Shown here piece by piece: positions 26,605 through 35,230 of a DNA stretch of 54,531 nt (position 1 is the first letter of the stretch; each line of letters starts with the position of its first letter). A program made the position numbers and the translations under genes. The notes under the pieces were generated by a model. It saw only the letters and a program-made list of their open reading frames with translations. It ran no database searches and was not told the origin of the DNA. The stretch lies in the NCBI GenBank assembly GCA_026398515.1, contig JAPLSS010000090.1, positions 1 to 54,531 of the forward strand, written 5' to 3'. Source of the DNA: Candidatus Sumerlaeota bacterium (GTDB taxonomy: Bacteria > Sumerlaeota > Sumerlaeia > JAPLSS01).

Positions 26605-28044
26605 ATGAATATATCATGCATGCATCGTCGGGATTTTCTCAAAACGACAATCGCTGGAGCGGTCGGCATGATGACGGCAGGCTCCATGGCCGCTGCGCCG
26701 CCTGGCGCCGAGAAACCCAACATCGTCTATTTCCTTGTGGACGATATGGGCTACGCCGACATTGGATTCAACGGTTGCCAGGACATTCGCACTCCGAATA
26801 TTGACCGGCTTGCGGAACAAGGCGCGGTGTTGGATTCCTTCTATGCCCAGCCCGTTTGCTCGCCCGGGCGATCGGCGCTGCTCACGGGGCGCTATCCAAT
26901 GCACACCGGCATCTATAATGTCGTGAACCCGGAAGGCACGGGCCTGCGGGGGCCGCTGCCGCTCGCGGAACGCACCCTGGCGCAGGCGCTGCGTGAAGCG
27001 GGGTACGCCACGGCGATCTGCGGTAAATGGCACCTTGGCTCGGACACGCCGGAGTATAGGCCGACGAGGCGCGGATTCGATTCTCAATACGGTCTGATGG
27101 GCGGCGCAATCAACTATTTCACCCATGCGGCCGCAGACAAGAAGATGGGCGCGTTCGATTGGTGGCGCAACGACGTCGCTTCCGAGGACACGGGCTACTC
27201 CACACACCTGATCGCCGACGAGGCTTGTCGCGTCATCCGCGAGCAGCCCGCCGGAAAGCCGCTCTTCCTCTATGTGGCCCCCAACGCCGTCCATGGGCCG
27301 CTGGATGCGCCGGCAGAATGCCTGAAACCGTATGCCGATCTCCCCCAAGATCGGATCAAACTGGCCGGGGCGACGGCCGCATTGGACGATGACATCGGAC
27401 GGATCATGGCGGCGCTTGCCGAGAAAGACATGATCTCCAACACGCTGGTTATCTATTCCAGCGACAACGGCGGGCCGAGTTGGAACAAGTCCTGCCGCAA
27501 TGACCCGCTGCGCGGCGGTAAATCGGACATCTACGAAGGCGGGATGCGGGTCTGCGCGTTTGCCTCCTGGCCTGGGAACATCCCTGGCGGCATCCACATC
27601 AACGAGCCGTTGCACGTGGTGGATTGGTTTCCGACCCTGTGCCGGCTCGCAGGCGCATCCCTTTCGCAGCCGCTCCCACTCGATGGGCTTGATATTTGGC
27701 CGGTTTTGACGCAGGGAGCGAAGTCGCCCCATGACGCCATTCCGCTGATTGGGTCGAGAGACGGCCAATATGCCATCCGGGTCGGCGACTGGAAACTGCT
27801 GATCAACCCGGCGGAGTTCAAAAGGAACGTGAAGTGCAGTCCCGTGGAACTCTACAATCTCGCCACCGACATCAGCGAAAAGCACAACTTCGCCGCCGAA
27901 CAGCCGGAGCGGGTGAAAGCCATGCGGGCGCGCCTCGATGAGTTATTGGCCAATCCCGCCAACCCTGAGTTTTTCGCGCCCCCGAAACAGGGCGCCAGGA
28001 AGACGAAGCGGGCAGAACCGGATACGGCGGAGATCGTGCCATGA
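26605..28044 (+). CDS. Arylsulfatase (arylsulfatase B-like S1 sulfatase) with Tat signal
   Basis: MNISCMHRRDFLKTTIAGAVGMMTAGSMAAA, then KPNIVYFLVDDMGYADIGFNG...AQPVCSPGRSALLTGRY; GGKSDIYEGGMRV. Confidence 0.9.
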   Translation: MNISCMHRRDFLKTTIAGAVGMMTAGSMAAAPPGAEKPNIVYFLVDDMGYADIGFNGCQDIRTPNIDRLAEQGAVLDSFYAQPVCSPGRSALLTGRYPMHTGIYNVVNPEGTGLRGPLPLAERTLAQALREAGYATAICGKWHLGSDTPEYRPTRRGFDSQYGLMGGAINYFTHAAADKKMGAFDWWRNDVASEDTGYSTHLIADEACRVIREQPAGKPLFLYVAPNAVHGPLDAPAECLKPYADLPQDRIKLAGATAALDDDIGRIMAALAEKDMISNTLVIYSSDNGGPSWNKSCRNDPLRGGKSDIYEGGMRVCAFASWPGNIPGGIHINEPLHVVDWFPTLCRLAGASLSQPLPLDGLDIWPVLTQGAKSPHDAIPLIGSRDGQYAIRVGDWKLLINPAEFKRNVKCSPVELYNLATDISEKHNFAAEQPERVKAMRARLDELLANPANPEFFAPPKQGARKTKRAEPDTAEIVP

Positions 28045-28099
28045 CTCTGTTGAGTCCACCCCATAGGCCCGGCACGAACCATGAATCTACTCCCCATCA

Positions 28100-31000
28100 A
28101 TGGAGCGTCACATGATCTTGTCCCGATGCATCGCACGGCTGAGCATCCTCTCCTTAGTGGCGTCTGCCGCCGCGAGCGCTCATGCCCAGTCCACGACGGA
28201 GATGACCGTCGGGGACCTGCTCGTCGAACACCGCGTCGCTCCGGTCGGTCTGGATGCGCCGAATCCACGGTTTTCCTGGCGCTTGCAAAGCGAAGCCAAT
28301 GGCTTGCGCCAAACGGCCTATCAGATTCAGGTCGCCCGCTCGATCGACAGCCTCGACGCGGCCGGCGCGCCGTTGGTTTGGGATTCCGATTGGGTCGTGT
28401 CGGACCAGAGTCATTTGGTCGCCTACGCGGGCGAGGCGCTTCGTTCCAGCACGCCGTATTTCTGGCGGGTTCGGATTAAGAATGAGAATGACATGATTTC
28501 GCCGTGGAGCGCGGCTTCCCGCTGGGTCACGGGCTTGCTCGACGCGGACAAGGAATTGCAGGCCGATTGGATTGGCTTCGATCAGCCCTATGCGGACGCG
28601 CCGCACGGAGCCGATTGGTTCGACATGGATCAGGCCAAGTGGATCTGTCATCCCGCGCTAGAGAAGGGCAAGGACTCCGTCGCCTTTTACCGGACGGAAT
28701 TCGAGGCGCCGGCCGACGCAATTCGAGTGATGATCGGGATGGAAGCGAACTTCACCGCGCAATTGTTTCTCAATGGGACCGAACTGTTTCAGGACGGCAG
28801 TCTGGGGAAGAGGGGCAGTTATCTGGATGTCACGCCATGGGTGCGCGCCGGCGCCAACCAAATCGCGTTTCGCGTCAACGAGTGCAACCACAAAGAGCAC
28901 TCCGGCCTCATCGCGGCGGTGCGCATCGAACAGTCCGATGGCAGAATCACGCGGCGTTTCACTGATGAAACGTGGGAAACGACCCAGCAGCCGGTCGATC
29001 TCTGGGCCGATGGCGGCAAGCCCGACGATGGTTGGGGACCGGTGCAAGTTCTCGGCAAGCCCGGCGAGCCGAACGCCACCGGTCAAGGCGACGAAAAACT
29101 CCTCTCGCCCCGTTCCGACGAAAAAGTCTTCATGTCGCCGCCGGTTTGCCTGCGCAAGGAGATCGATCTTCCCAAGCCGGTTCGCTTCGCCGTCTTCCAC
29201 GGAACCGCCCAAGGGCTGTACGATCTGCATGTCAATGGCCGCCGCCTGACGCCGACCGGTTTTCAACCGGGGTGGACGCAGTTCGAGCGGCGCACGGACT
29301 ACGTCAGCACGGACGTGACGGAGGCGCTGAAGCCGGGGCGCAACGCCATCGGCGTCGTCCTCGCCGACGGATGGTTCCGCGGCAATCTGCTTTGGTTCGG
29401 TCGCGAACACTTCGGCGACAAGATACGGTTCTCCGGCCAGCTGGAGGTGGAATACGAAGACGGCAGCCGCGAATCCTTCGGCGCCGACCCGACTTGGAAA
29501 GCCTCCTACGGCCCGACGCTGCAATCGGATCTCATGTTCGGCGAAATCTACGACGCACGATTGGAGCAACCCGGTTGGGACAGTCCGAACTTCGCGGATA
29601 ATGACTGGCAGCCGGTCGTGGCCGAAGCCCGTTCCGCCCAGGCGGAATTCATTCAGCGCGCTCACCCAACAGAACCGGTGAGACAAGATCTGGAATTGAC
29701 GCCTCAGGCCATAACGGAGCCAAAGCCGGGAGTGTACGTCGTGGATTTCGGCCAGAACTTCGCCGGTTGGGCGCGCCTGAAAACTACTGGCCGCGCTGGA
29801 CAGACCATCTATCTTCGCTTCGCCGAGGATGTGAATCCCGATGGGACCATTTACACGGACAATCTCCGCAGCGTCAACCCGGCGGATCGCTATATCTGCA
29901 AAGGCGGCGGCCTGGAAACCTGGGAGCCGCGTTTCACCTACCATGGCTTCCGCTATGTGCAGATCGTCGGCCTTACGGAAAGACCGGCCAAGGAAACCCT
30001 GACGGGCATCGTCGCTCACTCGGGAGGTCCGATCACCAGCGTCTTCGATTCTTCCTCGCCGATGTTGAATCGCCTTTACCAGAACATCGTCTGGAGCCAG
30101 CGGAGCAACTATTTCGAGACAATGACCGATTGCCCGCAACGCGACGAGCGGTACGGCTGGGTGGGCGACGCCTATTTCTTCATGCCTTCCTCCGCCTACA
30201 ATCAGAACGCGGCGAGCTTCTTCCACAAATGGTTTCTCGACTGCCTCGACACCCAGCATGAGAACACAGGCAATATCAGCAACGGCGCGCCCGGCAACCG
30301 GCCCGGCGCCGGCAATGCGCAACTCGATTGGTCCGCCGCCGCGATGGTCACTCCCTGGATGATCTGGCGGCGCTACGGCGACGCACAGCCGATCGTCGAC
30401 CACTATGCCGCGTTGCGGCTCTACATGACCCAATGGGAGAAATTCGCAAAGGATGTCGATGCCCGAGGCGGGAAGAAAGGTCCCGCGCCGTATAGAATCA
30501 TCGGCGATTGGGTGTCGCTGGAGAAAGGCACGTCGAAGGAATTCATCGGCCGCGTCTTAGGCTATATGCTCAGCGCGCACATGGCGGAATTCGCCCGCCT
30601 CGCCGGGCAGGACGACGATGTCCGCACCTTCACCGATCTGGCGGCGCATTTCCGCGCCGAGGTGATCGACAAGCATATCGGCGCCGACGGCACGGTGGAT
30701 GGAGATACGCAGTGCGCCTATGCCTATGTTGCGCGCCTCGGCCTCTACAGGCCGGAGCAGGAGGACTTGATCCGCGCGAAATTCCGGGAACGGATGATCG
30801 CGGACCACTATGCCGTGCTGACGGGGTTCCACGGCACGGGAAACCTGCTGCAAGGGTTGACCGCCATCGGTCTGGCGCCCGAGGCGTCCAGGACGATCCT
30901 TAGCGAAGAGCCTCCGGGCTGGGGCGGCATGGTGAAACTGGGCGCGACGACAATCTGGGAGCGCTGGCAGGGCAAGAACGCGGATGGGACTTTCTACTCG

Positions 31001-31378
31001 CCGAAGATGAACTCATTCAACCACTACACCTTTGGCGGATGCGGGGAGTGGATGATGGGCTATTTGGTCGGGCTGCGCGAGGAATCGCCGGGGTTCAAAA
31101 TCGTGCGCGTCGAACCCACCATCGTCCCGGATCTCGAGTGGGCTTCGGGCCGTTTCGAGTCCCCGTACGGCACGGTCTCCAACCGTTGGGAGCGCAAAGA
31201 CGGCCGCATCACGATGCGCCTCGTCATCCCGCCCAACAGCGCCGCCCGCGTCGTCCTGCCAATGAATTCAAAGGACATCCGGCTCGAGGGAAGGCCAATT
31301 TCGGCTCCGCCAAGCGGCGGGCTGGAAACTGGATCGGGAAAGCATGAATTCACTTGGGCTGAACAAACCGCAAATTAA
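28100..31378 (+). CDS. GH78 alpha-L-rhamnosidase (large, 1092 aa), exported
   Basis: Signal MERHMILSRCIARLSILSLVASAAASAHA; LLVEHRVAPVGLDAPNPRFSW; GLYDLHVNGRRL; TDCPQRDERYGWVGD. Confidence 0.9.
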   Translation: MERHMILSRCIARLSILSLVASAAASAHAQSTTEMTVGDLLVEHRVAPVGLDAPNPRFSWRLQSEANGLRQTAYQIQVARSIDSLDAAGAPLVWDSDWVVSDQSHLVAYAGEALRSSTPYFWRVRIKNENDMISPWSAASRWVTGLLDADKELQADWIGFDQPYADAPHGADWFDMDQAKWICHPALEKGKDSVAFYRTEFEAPADAIRVMIGMEANFTAQLFLNGTELFQDGSLGKRGSYLDVTPWVRAGANQIAFRVNECNHKEHSGLIAAVRIEQSDGRITRRFTDETWETTQQPVDLWADGGKPDDGWGPVQVLGKPGEPNATGQGDEKLLSPRSDEKVFMSPPVCLRKEIDLPKPVRFAVFHGTAQGLYDLHVNGRRLTPTGFQPGWTQFERRTDYVSTDVTEALKPGRNAIGVVLADGWFRGNLLWFGREHFGDKIRFSGQLEVEYEDGSRESFGADPTWKASYGPTLQSDLMFGEIYDARLEQPGWDSPNFADNDWQPVVAEARSAQAEFIQRAHPTEPVRQDLELTPQAITEPKPGVYVVDFGQNFAGWARLKTTGRAGQTIYLRFAEDVNPDGTIYTDNLRSVNPADRYICKGGGLETWEPRFTYHGFRYVQIVGLTERPAKETLTGIVAHSGGPITSVFDSSSPMLNRLYQNIVWSQRSNYFETMTDCPQRDERYGWVGDAYFFMPSSAYNQNAASFFHKWFLDCLDTQHENTGNISNGAPGNRPGAGNAQLDWSAAAMVTPWMIWRRYGDAQPIVDHYAALRLYMTQWEKFAKDVDARGGKKGPAPYRIIGDWVSLEKGTSKEFIGRVLGYMLSAHMAEFARLAGQDDDVRTFTDLAAHFRAEVIDKHIGADGTVDGDTQCAYAYVARLGLYRPEQEDLIRAKFRERMIADHYAVLTGFHGTGNLLQGLTAIGLAPEASRTILSEEPPGWGGMVKLGATTIWERWQGKNADGTFYSPKMNSFNHYTFGGCGEWMMGYLVGLREESPGFKIVRVEPTIVPDLEWASGRFESPYGTVSNRWERKDGRITMRLVIPPNSAARVVLPMNSKDIRLEGRPISAPPSGGLETGSGKHEFTWAEQTAN

Positions 31379-31389
31379 AGGAGAATCCG

Positions 31390-33648
31390 ATGAACGGCTA
31401 TTGCGCCTTCAATCGCAGGTTTTTCTCCCTCGGTGTGTTGCATTGCGCAGTGATTGGCTCCGCTTTCGCCGCGCCAGCAATCACGCTCTCGCTTGATCCC
31501 GCCTCTGCCGAGCCGGGCAAGTTCGCAGCCGAGGAAATCCGTCGCGAGGCCTTCGCCCGCGGCATGGCCGTGGTCGAAGCGGACGCAATTGCTCCCACCG
31601 ACGCGAACCATATCTCGCTTGCCGTCGGCGCGCCGGCTGGGCCGAAATCCGTCGCGCAGAGCTACAGCATTCGCGTGCGGCGCGAGAACGGCCAGCGCCA
31701 CATCGAAGCGCGGGGCGCGGACGCCGTCGGGGCGATGTATGGCGGACTCGATATCGCGGAAGCGATCCGCACGGGCGATTTCGACTCAATACAGGATTCC
31801 GATCACGCCCCGCGCATCGCTCAGCGCGGGATCAAACTCAACATCCCGCTCGATCTGCGCACCCCCTCCTATTCCGATCCGTCCGATGCCGCGCAGGCGA
31901 ACATCCCGGAGATGTGGAGCATGGATTTCTGGCGCGATCTCTTCGACGACATGGCCCGCCATCGCTACAACCTCATCTCGCTGTGGACGCTCAATCCCTT
32001 TCCCAGCATCGTGAAGGCGCCGGAGTTTCCGCACGTCGCCCTCGACGATGTCTGGCGCACTCGGATGAAACTGGACGGAAAATTCAGCAACAACGGCAAC
32101 GACTTTGTGCGCCCGGAGATGCTTGCCAACCATGAGGTCGTCAAGAAGATCACCATCGACGAAAAAATCCAATTCTGGCGCGACGTGATGCAATTGGCGA
32201 AGGACCGCGGCATCGACGTCTATTGGTTCCTCTGGAATATTTTCCTTTATGGGGCGGAAGGCAAAGACGGGATCACCGGCGACAGACTGGCGCCCCGCAC
32301 GATCGAGTATTTCCGCGCCAGCGTGCGAGAGACGATCAAAACGTACCCGTTGCTCGCCGGGCTCGGCATCACCGCCGGAGAGGGATTCCCCAAGGGCATG
32401 GACGCCGATGCCAAGGAGAAATGGCTCTGGCAGACCTACGGCGAAGGCATTCTTGATGCGTTGAAAGAAACCCCCGACCGGAAGTTCCGGCTCATTCATC
32501 GCTTCCACATGACGGCGCTGAGCGACATTCGGCGCGAGTTCGCCGAACTGCCCTGCGAGCTTGATTTGAGCTTCAAGTACGCCGTCGCCCACATGTATTC
32601 CGTGCCCCGGCCAACCATGATCGAACCGGTGCTGCCACTGCTCAGTCCCGAACTCCGCTGCTGGCTCACGGTGCGCAACGATGATATTTACAGCTTCCGA
32701 TGGGCCGATCTGGATTATGCGCGGGCTTTCATCAAGGCCATCCCCGGAGAGGATAAGATTGCCGGCTTCTACATGGGGAGTGACGGCTACAATTGGGGGC
32801 GCGATTTCCTCTCCAAAGACCCCGGCGTTCCGCGCCAAACCGTAATGCAAAAGCAGTGGCTCTCCTTCGCTCTTTGGGGACGGCTGGCCTATGAACCCGA
32901 TCTGCCGGCTTCCACCTTCGACCGTCTTGTCGCCGCCCGCTTCCCCGGCGCGGACGTGCCCGCGCTCACCAGCGCATGGGCGGACGCCTCGAAAGTCTTC
33001 CCCTATATCACCCGCTTCTTCTGGGGCGATATCGACATCAAATGGTTCCCCGAAGCCTGCCGCAGGAAAGTCCGCTTCTATACCGTCCGCGACTTCATCG
33101 AGGGCGGAACGATGCCCGGAGCCGGCGTCCTCAACATCATCGAGTGGCGCGTCGGCGTCCTGACAGGGAAGATGCCGGCAGGCGTGACCCCGCTGGAAAT
33201 CGCCGCGACGTTGGAGATTAACGCCACAAAGGCGCTCAACGCTCTGCCGCAACTGCAACGCGCCGTCATTGCGCCAGCTGCCAGCGCGAAGGAATACGCC
33301 GCCACGCTCGGAGACATCGAGGCCATGTCGCGCCTTGGGCTTTATTACGCGGCAAAAATTCGCGGCGCCTGTGACCTCGCGCTCTTCGACAAAACCGGCG
33401 ACACCGGGCGCCAGGCGTCCGCCATTGAAAGCCTCGAAATGGCCCTGGATCAATGGAAGCATTACTCCGCCGCCTACACGCGCCAGTACGTGCAGCCCGT
33501 GCTCTACAACCGCGCCGGCGTCGTGGACATCCCCGCTCTCACCGACGACATCGCCGCCGACATTCAATTAGCGCGCGACTGGAAGCCTGGCATGATGGAT
33601 GAAGCCAAGATCAAGCGCCCCCGCACCGCGGCGGGGTTTGCCGAATAA
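31390..33648 (+). CDS. Uncharacterised glycoside-hydrolase-like protein (GH20b/GH67N-like N-domain plus putative TIM barrel), exported
   Basis: AAAGGAG upstream and a signal peptide. N-domain ...[36 protein letters not shown], then [10 protein letters not shown]...[27 protein letters not shown]. The paralogue at 40626-42934 is broken. The family is not recognised precisely. Confidence 0.7.
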   Translation: [752 protein letters not shown]

Positions 33649-33672
33649 CCCTGGCTTTGACTGGAGCCGAAA

Positions 33673-33930
33673 ATGAAATTTATGCAACGCGCCTGTTTCA
33701 GCGAAACGCTCGCGCTTTGCGAGGGATACGCGACGGATCTCATCACCGATCTTTCGCTGGAATGGCTCAAACGGCGTGACTGCGGCCGGCCTTTCTGTTT
33801 GATGTGCCATCACAAGGCTCCGCACGGCCCGTGGCAGTATCCCCCGCGGCACGAATCGCTCTTCGATAGCGTTGCCATTCCCGAACCGGTGACTCTTTTC
33901 GAAGATTTGAGCCACCGATGCGAGGGGTAG
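33673..33930 (+). pseudogene. Internal fragment of a sulfatase gene
   Basis: 85-aa ORF whose text GYATDLITDLSLEWLKRRDCGRPFCLMCHHKAPHGPWQYPPRHESLFDSVAIPEPVTLFEDL matches the mid-region typical of S1 sulfatases (..KPFFL...HKAPH.PW...). It has no N-terminal catalytic block and no C-terminal domain. Confidence 0.6.
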
Positions 33931-34066
33931 CGCCACGTCAGTTTGCCAGGGACCGGAGGAAACCCGATCCACACGCATTCTGGACGCAAGTCCATGATCC
34001 ATTGAGCGAATACGTCGAGATCGAAATCCATCAGCGGCTCGATCGTCAAGACATTGCGGAGGTACC

Positions 34067-34285
34067 GTCTTCCTGCGGCTCCACCGCGAATTCTTCGGCG
34101 TCCCGCCCGTGCAGGACCTGATCAAGTTCCGCATTCAAGCCGCGCGGCGTATGCTCGACACCGGCGCGGCCACCGTCGGCGAGGCCTGCGCCTTCGGCAG
34201 CCTTCAGCGCTTCAGCCGCTTCTTCAAAGAGCGCGTCGGCCACGCCCTTTGCCAATACCGCCAAACCCTTGCCTTGCGGACGTGA
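34067..34285 (+). pseudogene. C-terminal fragment of an AraC-family regulator (second HTH only)
   Basis: This frame is not in the ORF track because it has no long ATG-initiated ORF. It reads VFLRLHREFFGVPPVQDLIKFRIQAARRMLDTGAATVGEACAFGSLQRFSRFFKERVGHALCQYRQTLALRT*, i.e. the AraC HTH signature. The frame opens only at 33998 and has no sensor domain. Confidence 0.55.
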
Positions 34286-34310
34286 TGAGACGCCGTCGAA
34301 TGCACGAGAT

Positions 34311-35141
34311 TTAGCGCGCCGGGGCGGAGGCGGCGGACGGGGCTTCCAGGAAACGCGTGCGGAACTCGTCGAGGCCGATCTCGCCTAAGCCGAGAATGCG
34401 CATTAACTCGCCGGTATCGGAAAAATCGAGCCGCGTCGTCGGGTCGTAGTAGTCGAACGCCGCCTTCCATGCGGGGCCGAAGTCGGGATGCGCCAGGGCC
34501 GCGCGCTGGAACGCTTCGTTGCCCCCGAGCGCGTTCAGATAGCGGTTGGCGCCTTTGATGCGGATGTAGTCGGTGTTCGCTTTCACATACGCCAGCGCCT
34601 CGGGCGTCGTCTTGTCTTCGTTCCAGTTGCTGTGCTGCACGAGGTGAATGCGTTTGACGGGATCGACCTGGGGCATGGACTGGCGCAGGCGTTTGACCGT
34701 CTCGGCGGTCAAGTCGGACTGGCCGCCCTCTTTGATCCACACGTCGCCGCCGGCCTGGAGAACGCTCCCCCACCGTTCGGTCATTTTCGCGAGCGCGCCT
34801 TCCTTGTCGTCGCGGGCCGCCAGCCAATTCCCCCTGCTCCAGGCGGCGTCCATGACCGCGTTGGACTCCGGGCGGAACGCCTTGGCGTTGAGACCGAAGG
34901 CGCCGGAAACGGGCAGAACGTGGCCCTTGATCCACTCGGCGCCGAAGATCGTCTCGAGCATCGTGCGGTCGGCGGCGGCGCTGTGGCCGTCGTCGCGGTC
35001 GGGCGCGTGGTCGTAGTGCAGGGCGATCAGGTCCTTCTGAGGATTGAGGACCAGGGTGTTCGTGGTGTCGCCCTGCGCGGCCATGACGCCGTAACAGACC
35101 AGAATGAAGACGAAGGCCAAAACGGGAGACCTCATGATCAT
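34311..35141 (-). CDS. Exported protein of unknown function (276 aa)
   Basis: Signal MIMRSPVLAFVFILVCYGVMAAQG. Non-biased composition. Motifs HYDHAPDRDDGHSAAADR and VQHSNWNE. I recognise no family. Confidence 0.65.
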   Translation of the reverse strand: MIMRSPVLAFVFILVCYGVMAAQGDTTNTLVLNPQKDLIALHYDHAPDRDDGHSAAADRTMLETIFGAEWIKGHVLPVSGAFGLNAKAFRPESNAVMDAAWSRGNWLAARDDKEGALAKMTERWGSVLQAGGDVWIKEGGQSDLTAETVKRLRQSMPQVDPVKRIHLVQHSNWNEDKTTPEALAYVKANTDYIRIKGANRYLNALGGNEAFQRAALAHPDFGPAWKAAFDYYDPTTRLDFSDTGELMRILGLGEIGLDEFRTRFLEAPSAASAPAR

Positions 35142-35230
35142 CTCCTCCAGATGTTCTATAGGACTTCATCACGATGATATCGCGCGGATCATCGGTCAAG
35201 GAGCCGGTTCAATTGATCGCCTTTTCCGGC

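Noticed and set aside
26501-26605. Small ORF MKTRTLILSSSNRLCCGGNGLGYFPFHYPKERTMI upstream of the 26605 sulfatase.
   Set aside because: It is below a useful length, has no RBS and matches no known family. It may be another signal-peptide remnant, but the evidence is insufficient.
28658-30433. Very long antisense or out-of-frame ORFs throughout the track. Examples: 28658-30433 (591 aa), 31786-33567 (593 aa), 1007-2134, 2162-3301, 3971-5161, 5435-6436, 9172-10551, 13023-14168, 19587-20837, 21463-22482, 26614-27885, 41364-42440, 48685-49986.
   Set aside because: Each lies opposite or offset to a gene with clear family motifs. Their translations are Arg/Ala/Gly/Pro-rich with no motifs, as expected for stop-poor shadow frames in high-GC DNA.
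33810-34049. 79-aa minus-strand ORF (MTIEPLMDFDLDVFAQWIMDLRPECVWIGF...) inside the fragment patch, which vaguely recalls some radical-SAM-type C-termini.
   Set aside because: I cannot tie it to a family with confidence. It overlaps the sulfatase fragment in antisense and has no RBS or partner domains. I treat it as unassigned debris.
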